Positions 38,301 through 50,559 of a DNA stretch of 64,000 nt are shown in pieces (position 1 is the first letter of the stretch; each line of letters begins with the position of its first letter). The position numbers and the translations under genes are program-made. The notes beneath the pieces are model-generated. The model saw only the letters and a list, made by a program, of their open reading frames with translations, was not told the DNA's origin and searched no databases. Source of the stretch: Balanoglossus misakiensis (lineage: Eukaryota; Animalia; Hemichordata); contig CM082580.2 of assembly GCA_040954595.2 (NCBI GenBank), positions 10,146,390-10,210,389 on the forward strand, given 5' to 3'.

Positions 38301-41300
38301 AAAAATCATGGGTTATAGCTCATGAAAATCGTCAGAAAATGACAATTTTTCGACTTTGCAGAATTTCGAAATTTCGTCGATTTTTGAAAAAATCATGGGT
38401 TATAGCTCATGAAAATCGTCAGAAAATGACAATTTTTCGACTTTGCGGAATTTCGAAATTTCGTCGATTTTTGAAAAAATCATGGGTTATAGCTCATGAA
38501 AATCGTCAGAAAATGACAATTTTTCGACTTTGCGGAATTTCGAAATTTCGTCGATTTTTGAAAAAATCATGGGTTATAGCTCATGAAAATCGTCAGAAAA
38601 TGACAATTTTTCGACTTTGCGGAATTTCGAAATTTCGTCGATTTTTGAAAAAATCATGGGTTATAGCTCATGAAAATCGTCAGAAAATGACAATTTTTCG
38701 ACTTTGCGGAATTTCGAAATTTTGTCGATTTTTGAAAAAATCATGGGTTATAGCTCATGAAAATCGTCAGAAAATGACAATTTTTCGACTTTGCGGAATT
38801 TCGAAATTTCGTCGATTTTTGAAAAAATCATGGGTTATAGCTCATGAAAATCGTCAGAAAATGACAATTTTTCGACTTGGCGGAATTTCGAAATTTCGTC
38901 GATTTTTGAAAACATCATGGGTTATAGCTCATGAAAATCGTCAGAAAATGACAATTTTTCGACTTGGCGGAATTTCGAAATTTCGTCGATTTTTGAAAAA
39001 ATCATGGGTTATAGCTCATGAAAATCGTCAGAATATGACAATTTTTCGACTTGGCGAAATTTCGAAATTTCGTCGATTTTTGAAAAAATCATGGGTTATA
39101 GCTCATGAAAATCGTCAGAAAATGACAATTTTTCGACTTTGCGGAATTTCGAAATTTCGTCGATTTTTGAAAAAATCATGGGTTATAGCTCATGAAAATC
39201 GTCAGAAAATGACAATTTTTCGACTGTACGGAATTTCGAAATTTCGTCGATTTTTGAAAAAATCATGGGTTATAGCTCATGAAAATCGTCAGAAAATGAC
39301 AATTTTTCGACTTTGCGGAATTTCGAAATTTCGTCGATTTTTGAAAAAATCATGGGTTATAGCTCATGAAAATCGTCAGAAAATGACAATTTTTCGACTT
39401 TGCGGAATTTCGAAATTTCGTCGATTTTTGAAAAAAGCATGGGTTATAGCTCATGAAAATCGTCAGAAAATGACAATTTTTCGACTTTGCGGAATTTCGA
39501 AATTTCGTCGATTTTTGAAAAAAGCATGGGTTATAGCTCATGAAAATCGTCAGAAAATGACAATTTTTCGACTTTGCGGAATTTCGAAATTTCGTCGATT
39601 TTTGAAAAAATCATGGGTTATAGCTCATGAAAATCGTCAGAATATGACAATTTTTCGACTTTGCGGAATTTCGAAATTTCGTCGATTTTTGAAAAAATCA
39701 TGGGTTATAGCTCATGAAAATCGTCAGAAAATGACAATTTTTTGACTTTGCGGAATTTGGAAATTTCGTCGATTTTTGAAAAAATCATGGGTTATAGCTC
39801 ATGAAAATCGTCAGAAAATGACAATTTTTCGACTTTGCGGAATGTCGAAATTTCGTCGATTTTTGAAAAAATCATGGGTTATAGCTCATGAAAATCGTCA
39901 GAATATGACTATTTTTCGACTTTGCGGAATGTCGAAATTTCGGCGATTTTTGAAAAAATCATGGGTTATAGCTCATGAAAATCGTCAGAAAATGACAATT
40001 TTTCGACTTTGCGGAATTTCGAAATTTCGTCGATTTTTGAAAAAATCATGGGTTATAGCTCATGAAAATCGTCAGAAAATGACAATTTTTCGACTTTGCA
40101 GAATTTCGAAATTTCGTCGATTTTTGAAAAAATCATGGGTTATAGCTCATGAAAATCGTCAGAAAATGACAATTTTTCGACTTTGCGGAATTTCGAAATT
40201 TCGTCGATTTTTGAAAAAATCATGGGTTATAGCTCATGAAAATCGTCAGAAAATAACAATTTTTCGACTTTGCGGAATTTCGAAATTTCGTCGATTTTTG
40301 AAAAAATCATGGGTTATAGCTCATGAAAATCGTCAGAAAATGACAATTTTTCGACTTTGCGGAATTTCGAAATTTCGTCGATTTTTGAAAAAATCATGGG
40401 TTATAGCTCATGAAAATCGTCAGAAAATGACAATTTTTCGACTTGGCGGAATTTCGAAATTTTGTCGATTTTTGAAAAAATCATGGGTTATAGCTCATGA
40501 AAATCGTCAGAAAATGACAATTTTTCGACTTTGCGGAATTTCGAAATTTCGTCGATTTTTGAAAAAATCATGGGTTATAGCTCATGAAAATCGTCAGAAA
40601 ATGACAATTTTTCGACTTTGCAGAATTTCGAAATTTCGTCGATTTTTGAAAAAATCATGGGTTATAGCTCATGAAAATCGTCAGAAAATGACAATTTTTC
40701 GACTTTGCGGAATTTCGAAATTTCGTCGATTTTTGAAAAAATCATGGGTTATAGCTCATGAAAATCGTCAGAAAATGACAATTTTTCGACTTTGCGGAAT
40801 TTCGAAATTTCGTCGATTTTTGAAAAAATCATGGGTTATAGCTCATGAAAATCGTCAGAAAATGACAATTTTTCGACTTTGCGGAATTTCAAAATTTCGT
40901 CGATTTTTGAAAAAATCATGGGTTATAGCTCATGAAAATCGTCAGAAAATGACAATTTTTCGACTTTGCGGAATTTCGAAATTTCGTCGATTTTTGAAAA
41001 AATCATGGGTTATAGCTCATGAAAATCGTCAGAAAATGACAATTTTTCGACTTTGCGGAATTTCGAAATTTCGTCGATTTTTGAAAAAATCATGGGTTAT
41101 AGCTCATGAAAATCGTCAGAAAATGACAATTTTTCGACTTTGCGGAATTTCGAAATTTCGTCGATTTTTGAAAAAAATCATGGGTTATAGCTCATGAAAA
41201 TCGTCAGAAAATGACAATTTTTCGACTTTGCGGAATTTCGAAATTTCCTCGATTTTTGAAAAAATCATGGGTTATAGCTCATGAAAATCGTCAGAAAATG

Positions 41301-41945
41301 ACAATTTTTCGACTTTGCGGAATTTCGAAATTTCGTCGATTTTTGAAAAAATCATGGGTTATAGCTCATGAAAATCGTCAGAAAATGACAATTTTTCGAC
41401 TTTGCGGAATTTCGAAATTTCGTCGATTTTTGAAAAAATCATGGGTTATAGCTCATGAAAATCGTCAGAAAATGACAATTTTTCGACTTTGCGGAATTTC
41501 GAAATTTCGTCGATTTTTGAAAAAATCATGGGTTATAGCTCATGAAAATCGTCAGAAAATGACCATTTTTCGACTTTGGGAAAATTCGAAATTTCGTCGA
41601 TTTTTGATAAAAATCATGGGTTATAGCTCATGAAAATAATGAAAAATTGACCGTTTTTCGACTTTGGGAAAATTCGAAATTTCGTCGATTTTTGATAAAA
41701 ATCATGGGTTACAGCTCATGAAAATCATCAAAAAATGACCGTTTTTCGACTTTCCGAAATCTCAAAATTTCGTCGATTTTTGAAATAAATCATGGGTTGT
41801 AGCTCATGAAGATCATCAAAAAATGACAAATTCCCGAATTTGACAACTTTGGCGATTTTGTCATTTTTCGACATTTTTCATGGGTTATAGCTCATGAGAT
41901 TGGCAAAAAATGACAAATTCCGACATTGATAATTTGGTTGATTTT
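29342..41945 (+). repeat. 87-bp satellite, forward arm (~145 monomers) with higher-order repeats
   Basis: Monomer ATGACAATTTTTCGACTTTGCGGAATTTCGAAATTTCGTCGATTTTTGAAAAAATCATGGGTTATAGCTCATGAAAATCGTCAGAAA. Near-identical copies, degenerating from ~41560 onward. Confidence 0.98.
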
Positions 41946-42378
41946 GATATCGTTTCTGAAGTCTCCAATCTGACATTTCATTTCTCTAATGGCCGTTCAC
42001 GTGAAATCGCCTACCTTTCATGGAAAATAACACTGGTACTTATAAATGTGTAAAAAAACAACAACACAAAACTGTTCTCTGAAAGCATCAATACTTTATT
42101 CAATTTATACATTATATGACTCAAGTTTGTATACATGGCCAGGGTGCAAAACATTAGTAAACAATTCTCGTCGTCCATCTAAATAATACAAACAACGAAA
42201 TAATCTTGTGAAATATAGTTGGGACGGAATTATATCTTGGTGACAGTGGACAATATTGTCAGACGAAATGTTGATTTTTCTTGGAAGGATGGAACTGTAC
42301 TTTTATAATAGCTCATTTGTAAGGTATTATTATTTTTACAAACACGGGTTTTTATCAGCAATGCACTGACGAGTCTTT

Positions 42379-42867
42379 TTAGAGAAAGATCCTATTCGAT
42401 ACCCCTGGTGTCGACAACAACGGTCTCCTGGTAGGACTGCTTGGGATGCACCTGAAGGGAGAAAGAAAAGTACTGGTTGTTAAGTGTGCACCTTCTTTAT
42501 CGACTTTATTTCAAAGCCAATGAATTAATGCGATAAAGACTTAATAGAAAACAAAGGCGTTGCAGCTACGTTCAAAGACAACAAAACCCCAATAACCAAA
42601 GTTCCGCGCATAGACGAAGTTATATCGTTTATATCTACAGAAATGCCCACGTTAACAAATATGGGCCTCTAAATGCAATCGAGGCTGTGAACGTGTATCA
42701 TCATCACATAGAAACGACCACGGTCTTTTCTCTAATGAATCATCGACAGAGCAATGACGCACTGTACAAATGCACAACCAAACATTCACGGCTGTAAATC
42801 ATACACGCCGTGTTAATATTTACCCTGATGACCCCATAGCATACCGAATGTATGACAAAACCTGCAT
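42379..42867 (-). other. Possible two-exon minus-strand transcript (38-aa micro-ORF or lncRNA)
   Basis: ATG at 42867, donor GG|GTAAAT after 42824, polypyrimidine acceptor ttcag before 42451, stop at 42379, AATAAA on the minus strand at ~42095. Peptide MQVLSYIRYAMGSSGCIPSSPTRRPLLSTPGVSNRIFL has no recognisable homology. Confidence 0.3.
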
Positions 42868-43057
42868 TTCGCCTCGATAAAGTGATCTCCTAGATAGGCC
42901 GCAGATTTAGGCAAGACCGTTCCAGGTAACGTTCAACTGGTTGGTCTCCTCGACGAACAACGTCGCGTACTCAACACGGTGCACAAGAAACCGTGAATTT
43001 TGACGCTCGTTCTCCGTTAATACAGCTGCGACCTCCTCTCTCTCTCCCCCCACAGAA

Positions 43058-44703
43058 ATGAGAAGATTCCGCGGACCCGCTCCGGTAAGTACCGCCCTAT
43101 GATAGGTCATTCTTCACAAAGACAATTTTCGGCCATCGAACAGAAAAATCGGGGGTTATTCAGATTTCGCGTCGTCTTTGTCTTGAGTATTTGACCCTTT
43201 TTCGGCGAGATCGTTTTGAACACGCGAAAATTAATGGTCCACCAACATTTAAACAGAGGCGAAGAGTCGAATGAATGACGGCATCACAGAGGGAAAATAA
43301 CACAATTTTGTTGAAATAATCCCCCAAAGTTCTGGGCTGTGCTTAGACTGCCCGTGCTCTGATGTATGCAGTTCAAAGTTGGTTTCGCTTATATAAATGA
43401 GGATGAATTTATTTAAACTATACCAGACATATCGGTCTAATCACTCGAGTCTAATCCGAGATAATAAAAAAACAAGAACTTCGTTTGAAATTGGATAATA
43501 ATAGTAGGCGGTTATATCTTGCAATTTTGAGGAACGATGTTGTCAATATTTCCACCTCCATGCTTTGTCCTTACTCAAACAAAACGGCCATTCCTACCCA
43601 GGATAAAAATTATCAGAGCACCAAAAAGGCGCGCCTCTGTAAATACAAATTATTCATTAACCTGTATGATTCGTACAAGAGCTGATCGTCTCGCCAATAA
43701 AGAACTGAACGATAGATGACTTGCTATCTGATGGAAGGCACCCTGTAACCTCGTCTGACCTCTTTTCACCCTTCACCCACTGGCAGTTTTTGTCTCTACT
43801 TGAAAACTTATTTTACGGCCCTGTTGCGATTTTTCTGTGGGTAACGTACCACGTGGATAAGTCTTATATCGCGATGGACTGTGCACGCAGGTCCAAAACA
43901 CATGTTTTTAACAAACAAAGTAACATACCGTTAAACACAATTGTTTATGAGATTTAAAGTTGCTCGCGCACACGTCCAATTCGTTTAATATACACAGGAA
44001 TGACAACTATATAACAAGAAGACTGACTTGTTCAAATTAGCGTTCGATTTGCTGTTCTTTGCATGGTAACGGACAATTTCCTCTCTCGTTGCCAGGTACG
44101 ACGTCACCCGGTTGCTACGGGATTAGTCGTCGGAGCTGCGGCAGGGACTGCGCACAACAAGAACAAACAGAAGAAGGAGGCGAAGAAGGAGAAAGAGAAA
44201 GAGAAGGAGGAGGCCGAGAGAGCCGCAAAAGCTGCCGCGGCTGCGCAGCAACAACCACCTCCCCAATACGTGGTCTATCAGCAGCCCCCTCCCCCGTCGA
44301 GACCACCCCCACCTCAGCACCCTCCGCCACCCCAGCAGCAGCCGGCGCAGGGGTCATCCACCAATACTGTCATCATTATCAAGGTTGGCGTGCTAGTTTT
44401 AGCCACACACGCACTGAACAGCAAGATGTCTGGAAACTAATTTATATTATATACTATGCAATCGGTATATACTATATACTAATTGATTCTCGTCGTTGTG
44501 TATTTCAGGAGCCCGAGAAGAAAAAGGATTCTGACTCTGACTCTGATGATGAAAGTGAGTTCTTGGCAACGTTACCATTATCTTGGCAATCATCTTCATT
44601 TGTGTTTTAAACATTCAAAAAATAATCATTTGCATTACGCGTGTCTTTTGATTTATACGTTTCATTTGTTCATGCTTTACAGAGAAGAAAGAGAAGAAGA
44701 AGA

Positions 44704-44737
<34 letters not shown>

Positions 44738-45104
44738 GCAACAACAACCACCGCCTGCAGGGTATTACGGATACCCTCCTCCTCCTCCAGGCGCCCAGTA
44801 TCCCAGCTACCAAGACCAACCCAACCCCGGACAACCCCAGTACCCGGCTCCGTTCCCCTACCAGTACGTTCCTCCCCCGCAGGGTCAGCCGGGAGCGCCA
44901 CCACCCCAGGGTTACCCACCGTATGGTTACCCGCCACCCGGCCAGTACCCGCCACCCGGCGGCCAATACCCGCCACCCGGCCAGTACCCTCCTCCGGGGG
45001 GACAGTACCCACCACCGCCCCAACAACAACAACAACCAGCGAGCAACGCACCGTCTGCTTATTACATGCCCCCTACCACTACAGCAGTGACGAAGAGTTC
45101 GTAA
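43058..45104 (+). CDS. Pro/Gln/Tyr-rich protein, paralogue 1 (260 aa)
   Basis: Exons 43058-43084 (MRRFRGPAP), 44096-44383 (VRRHPVATGLVVGAAAG..NTVIIIK), 44509-44554, 44683-45104 (polyQ, YPPPG repeats). 783 nt in frame; 5'UTR intron 42926-43055; AATAAA pair at ~45515-45530. Confidence 0.8.
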
Positions 45105-45632
45105 CAGTTGTGTTACTTCAATTGGCCACTTCATGTTTCTCAACCTGTCACGAAAGCTTCTTACCCGGTTCTAATGATGCACTGTACTGAGACCAGATGA
45201 TCTTCTGCTCACTGCGACATCTCGCGAGACTTGGTCAATTACCATAGCAATAAGTGGTTGGCAGCAGGCTTCATATGAAACTAGAATAGCCACGCGAAAT
45301 CTCGCAGGGTTTCATAGAGTTCGAAAATGGTCTACATGTATATGACAACACCATCATGATTTAAGGTGGCAAAGTGGATCTAGTAAATGTTTACGAAATT
45401 AAGCAACTTTTTGTGAAGAAATGTAACAATTTGAACATACATGTAGTAGTTTTCTTTCTTTCCAGTAGATTTGTATTACATTGGCATTAACGATCAAATT
45501 ATTAGTGTATCTAAAATAAATTTGAAATAAACGTTTGTTTATTCTTTAATGAAATCAGTCATATGGGTGTACCTTACATTATTATTTGCCTACCAAGAAA
45601 CCCGTTAAAAATAAATTAATTAAGTTTGTTAT

Positions 45633-45756
45633 ATGATGTGATGTGATGTGATGTGATGTGATGTGATGTGATGTGATGTGATGTGATGTGATGTGATGTG
45701 ATGTGATGTGATGTGATGTGATGTGATGTGATGTGATGTGATGTGATGTGATGTGA
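45633..45756. repeat. (GATGT)n pentanucleotide microsatellite, ~24 units
   Basis: Perfect tandem ATGTG units. Confidence 0.95.
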
Positions 45757-46134
45757 ATACATATAACCTGGTCTGCAGTTCTGTATTCTATAGTTAATGA
45801 ACCACTAGCCTCAGAATGTCAAGAAACGAATCAATTGACCGCATTCAATTATGTCACGTGGCAGCCACGCCTCGGAGTGTCGGCAAGAGAGTTTATAATT
45901 TAACTTTTATTCCATTATTACTATTAATGAATAATTTTGCCCACTGACCGACCTCAATGCAAACAATGTCGACAGAGTTCAGGGTGAATTTTGACTCTGA
46001 GCGTATTCGTCTCTCCTATTGACTTATTTTCGGGGGCTCGGTAATTTGTGGCGAGGACTTTCAGAACACGCTTGAGGGAACCAAGTGCTCTCACACACAT
46101 CATCCGGTGAAAGAGCGAAATAATATTGGCGACC

Positions 46135-47888
46135 ATGTTTCGGGTAGGTGTCTTTTGTGTGGAGTTGATTTGTCTTGAGAAGAGCAGCATCAGAAGAAGG
46201 ATAGAGATTTGAGATGACGAACGGAGGTTCAGACCACAACGCAATATTTATGGTCGATGTCGGAGTTTCTTCAGATTTTATTTGAAATTCAACTTGAGGG
46301 ATGGGGGTACAGGAGTGGGCGAGTCGAGAATTTCAGTTGGCAGCGTGAAAAACGTATCGAAAATGTTTATAGCGGAATATCACAGTTCTATCGAAAATGG
46401 CCATTGTCGGGTTTGACGGGCATGCGTCACATGACGCATGAGATAATGCAAATACAATCAGACGACTGGAGTCGTCGGTACCACCACGGGATGGTGCTTG
46501 TGAACAAAGTCCACTTTGCAATGATGTAGGTATAAACGATTCCGATTCAAATTCAGGATGTACATGCATAAATTTAACAGAATGTATTAAACGTTGACAT
46601 AGGCCCCTAAGCCTAGCTTTCAACCATCTATGGAGCTAGTCTGCATGATAGTGACATGTATGCTTGTCGAATGACAACTTTGCTTTTCTTGACACACGTG
46701 CTTGAACGTGATAGATGAACTCGGGAGCGCTGGTCTCCGCTACATTTTCCCAGATAAAAGCGTAATGTTGCTAAGTACCCTTTCTTAGGGACCTCCCGGA
46801 AGAAGAATGATGAGGCGGAGGATGGTGACCGGACTGGTGGTAGGCGCGGCGGCCGGCTCTGCCGCATCGAGGAGATCCAACAAGAAGAAATCTTCTTGCA
46901 GCGGAGGAGGTCAAGTCACTGAAGTTCACCACTACCAATCACAACCCTACGGCGCAGCGCCACCACCACAACAACAATACTACTATCAACCACCACCGCC
47001 ATCGTCGCAGTATCCCCACCACCAACAACCATACTACTACCAGTATCCACCGCCACCACATCAGCAACCACCGTCGGCCTACCATCAACCACCACCGTCA
47101 GCTTACCATCAGCCACCACCGTCAGCCTACCCACCTACAGCCTACCAACAACCACGACCGACAACAACAGCCTACCAACAACCACCACCACCTCAACGAC
47201 AACCAGCAGCAACGGCACAGCAACAGCCAAACACCACTGTCATTCACGTGACTATAAAAGTAAGTAGGCTATTTCTATCTGATGGTATGTTATTAGTAGG
47301 CCTAATATAAAATGGTTTGAAGGCGATTGCATATAGAGGTGTTTATGAAAGATTCTACATAACATTGACGAGTGACTCGTTATCTGTATTCATTTTACAA
47401 CAGGAAGACAGCAAGGATTCACAGAAGTCAAAAACTAAAGGCAAGTGCGTTAATTGGTTGCTCTGCATATCATGATCACATATGAGGTCCTTATAACCAC
47501 AGTTATAACCGCCTTTTATCAAAGTGTAATGAAAGTGTGTCCGTTGACTATTGTATTTACAGTGACAACCAGTGCCAGCGCCAAAGAAGAGGACTTGATC
47601 AGCTTTGACGATCCTGTAGTTCAACCTTCTGCCCCTGCCGGAACAGGCGCCCAGCAGCGACATTCGAACCCGCCCCAGCCTGGGTTCTTACCGCAGTATC
47701 AGAGTAACCAGAGCGTCCCGTATCCCTCGTCTTACCCGTACGGGGGGCAGCCCAATCAGTACCCTGCCCAGTATCCAGCTACAGGAGCCCCGCCACCCTA
47801 CTCGCCGCCGCAGACCGGCATGTATCCGCAAACTGCCCCGGCCTACCCAATGCCCAGTAGCACCGTTTCAAGATCTACCAACCCATGA
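46135..47888 (+). CDS. Pro/Gln/Tyr-rich protein, paralogue 2 (280 aa)
   Basis: Exons 46135-46143 (MFR), 46789-47259 (GPPGRRMMRRRMVTGLVVGAAAG..TTVIHVTIK), 47404-47440 (GC donor), 47563-47888 (DLISFD, PSAP, PPPY). 843 nt in frame; same exon layout and phases as paralogue 1. Confidence 0.78.
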
Positions 47889-49900
47889 ACTGGAATTTAA
47901 GAAACACCTCGGGCTTGAGCACGACACGTTCAGCTCTAGCTCGCTTAAATACAAATGGGGGAAATATTTAATTAGTTTATTTAAACATTGAAAGGATCGG
48001 TTGAGATGATAACTGTTCACATGTTTACTGAATTACCGATGGAAACACTGTACAATTTGAATCCGTCTACATGTCTTGAAATGCCATCCAAGGGACCAAT
48101 GAACAGCGCAGACCACTAAGTCATTGAATTCCGAGCTATGGCGCCCTCAGCGATGTACGCCAAAGTTTGCCCTCCCATCGCTTTCTATTGAAATCACTAA
48201 TTAGGATTAGGAGCTAAGACACTTGGATGCATTGCGAGGGAGGGAGGAACCTGATTAACTATCAAGTCAGGATTTTTTTTTGTTAAGTGGCGTGGAATTG
48301 CCATATCTAAACTTTGGAGGACACGGAATGCAAATTTAGTAATCAATTTATATGTTTAGTTTTGGCGACCAGATCTTACAAAAATTAACTTAATTGGATT
48401 AAACTTCGCATGTACTTTGATCATTTGAGTGCGTAGTATGCAAACTGCTGCCTCAACGACAATTTTTTCGCCCTGTCTCGGCTTCTGTAGTGTACATGGA
48501 TATGTTTACTTGGAAAAGCTCAGCAAGGGTGCAGACTTTTGATTTATGGCAACTTTTGACATACTGTTGAACATTTTAGGAAATTTAGAAAACAGGTCAA
48601 ACTTCCAGAATTTGTTACAGGTATCTTTCGCCTACTTTTGAATTTCCTGAGCGTCAGTAGGAAACAAAGACCAAGGTCTCGGTTGCTATGGCCAATTAAG
48701 GGAACATAGTCTGCCAAAATAGCCAAAATGTCAGTATCTATAATGGTTGCTAAACTGTGTTTTTTTTAAGTTTCAATGGGACAACTGAGTTTGCACCAAA
48801 ATTAACGGGCCGACCTTGGCCGTTTCAATTATCTTGACATCAAGGCAGTGTTGGGGGTAATAAAATGACAGACACACAATTATTTCATTTTAATCTAGTT
48901 CACTGAAAATTTTAATTTCATAGTTTTGAAACCGTAAACAAACGAGGATACAATCATGTACATGTATACAGTATTATCTGTATACTTACAATATGAAAAA
49001 GGAGCAAAGTACATTACTTCATAAGAAACTCAAACCATAGCATTGCATCAGCTCGGTAAACATCAATGGAAAAACAATTGTCATTAGATGTTAGGTGGTC
49101 ACTGCAGACTGCCAGTAACGGTTACAAGCTCTATCGCGGAAAATGGACACTTCGTCCTAAGCTTGGTTGCCGGATACCCATCTGGTCTTTGCATCTGCAA
49201 AACAAGCAAAGTAGAAATGAATGTCTATAATATCCATGGACACGAAACATAGCATGATCACCACAGTACGCCAATTGTTGTTCATTTGCAGATGGTACAT
49301 CATGCAAATCAGTATGGCTGCCTGGAATTTCACTATATTTGGCAACTCGATTAAATTCTACTGCAACGACGATAGAGATCTGCCCATATAAGCTTATAAT
49401 TGTGGGTAAACCGGCAACTCCTGGACATTGCGAACAAACAAACCCCACCCACACCCCTTACCATGTATTGTCTCCGTCATTGCTTCAATTTACTTTCCCA
49501 CAATTCTTACCTTCCCACAACCATGCGGTCACTCTGGACATCAATCACACAGGCTGGCAATCAGCTTTGCGTCATCTATGGGATCCCTGGAATAAATGAA
49601 AAGTATGTAAATGGGAATGTCTCCTATAAAGTTGGGGAACATGTTTGTGCCATAACAAAATGGCCTCCCCTTGCATCTTGCAGTCAGGTCCGTTTTAAAA
49701 CATTGAATTGACATCCACATATAGTACCGGGTCCATATTGTTACATGCAGATGTGTGCAAAATCATTTCGCTCGACTGGGAAACGGCACCTGAATCGCAC
49801 ACAACAAGAATTCAAAATGACCACCATGCATTATTAAAAAGAGGGGCTTTGATGTCTATTATCGCTTGTCAAACCTTGCTTGAAACCTCTGGTTTTCGTC

Positions 49901-50395
49901 CGGCCATGGAACATACTGCCCTTACCGCACCCAGCTATACTGCAGCATGGCGAAAATAACTAGTCACTTAGGCCCCAGCTTGGTTGATGAATACCATTAT
50001 GAGTTGATCTCGTCTCTGGAACTGCAAAACAAGGAAATGAAGTGAATGTCTGTAATATTCATGATCGTTCAGCCATTGAACATACTGCCCTTACCGCACC
50101 CAGCCATACTGCTGCATGGCGAAAATAACTAGTCACTTAGGCCCCAGCTTGGTTGATGAATACCATTATGAGTTGATCTCTTCTCTGGATCTGCAAAACA
50201 AGGAAATGAAGTGAATGTCTGTAATATTCATGATCGTTCAGCCATTGAACATACTGCCCTTACCGCACCCAGCCATACTGCTGCATGGCAAAAATAACTA
50301 GTCACTTAGACCCCAGCTTGGTTGATGAATACTATTATGAGTTGATCTCGTCTCTGGATCTGCAAAACAAGCAAATAATAAAGTTAATGTCTGAA
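49901..50395. repeat. 169-bp tandem repeat, ~3 copies
   Basis: GAACATACTGCCCTTACCGCACCCAG recurs at 49909, 50078 and 50247. Confidence 0.9.
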
Positions 50396-50559
50396 AAATA
50401 TCAGGAACACGAAAGAAAACCTCTGTCATAATAACAGACGTACACACACGCGAAGATGTGTGCAAAATTAACCACTCGGGTTTTACCAGTACACGTTTCG
50501 ATAAAGTTTTATTGATTGCATTGGAGTTGTGGTAAAGATTACAAATCTCAACAACAAAA

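Noticed and set aside
29384-41633. Huge ORFs (256-978 aa) of MTIFRLCGISKFRRFLKKSWVIAHENRQK repeats
   Set aside because: By-product of an 87-bp (3x29) unit with one stop-free frame; broken by +1 and -8 indels and nonsense variants, substitutions are mostly non-synonymous, and the same frame appears on the opposite strand in the inverted arm.
28551-41945. CRISPR-like array
   Set aside because: No unique spacers, no cas genes, eukaryotic context.
44059-45190. Overlapping alternative-frame and antisense ORFs over the Pro-rich gene
   Set aside because: Shadow ORFs of GC-rich low-complexity codons; splice phases select the P/Q/Y frame.
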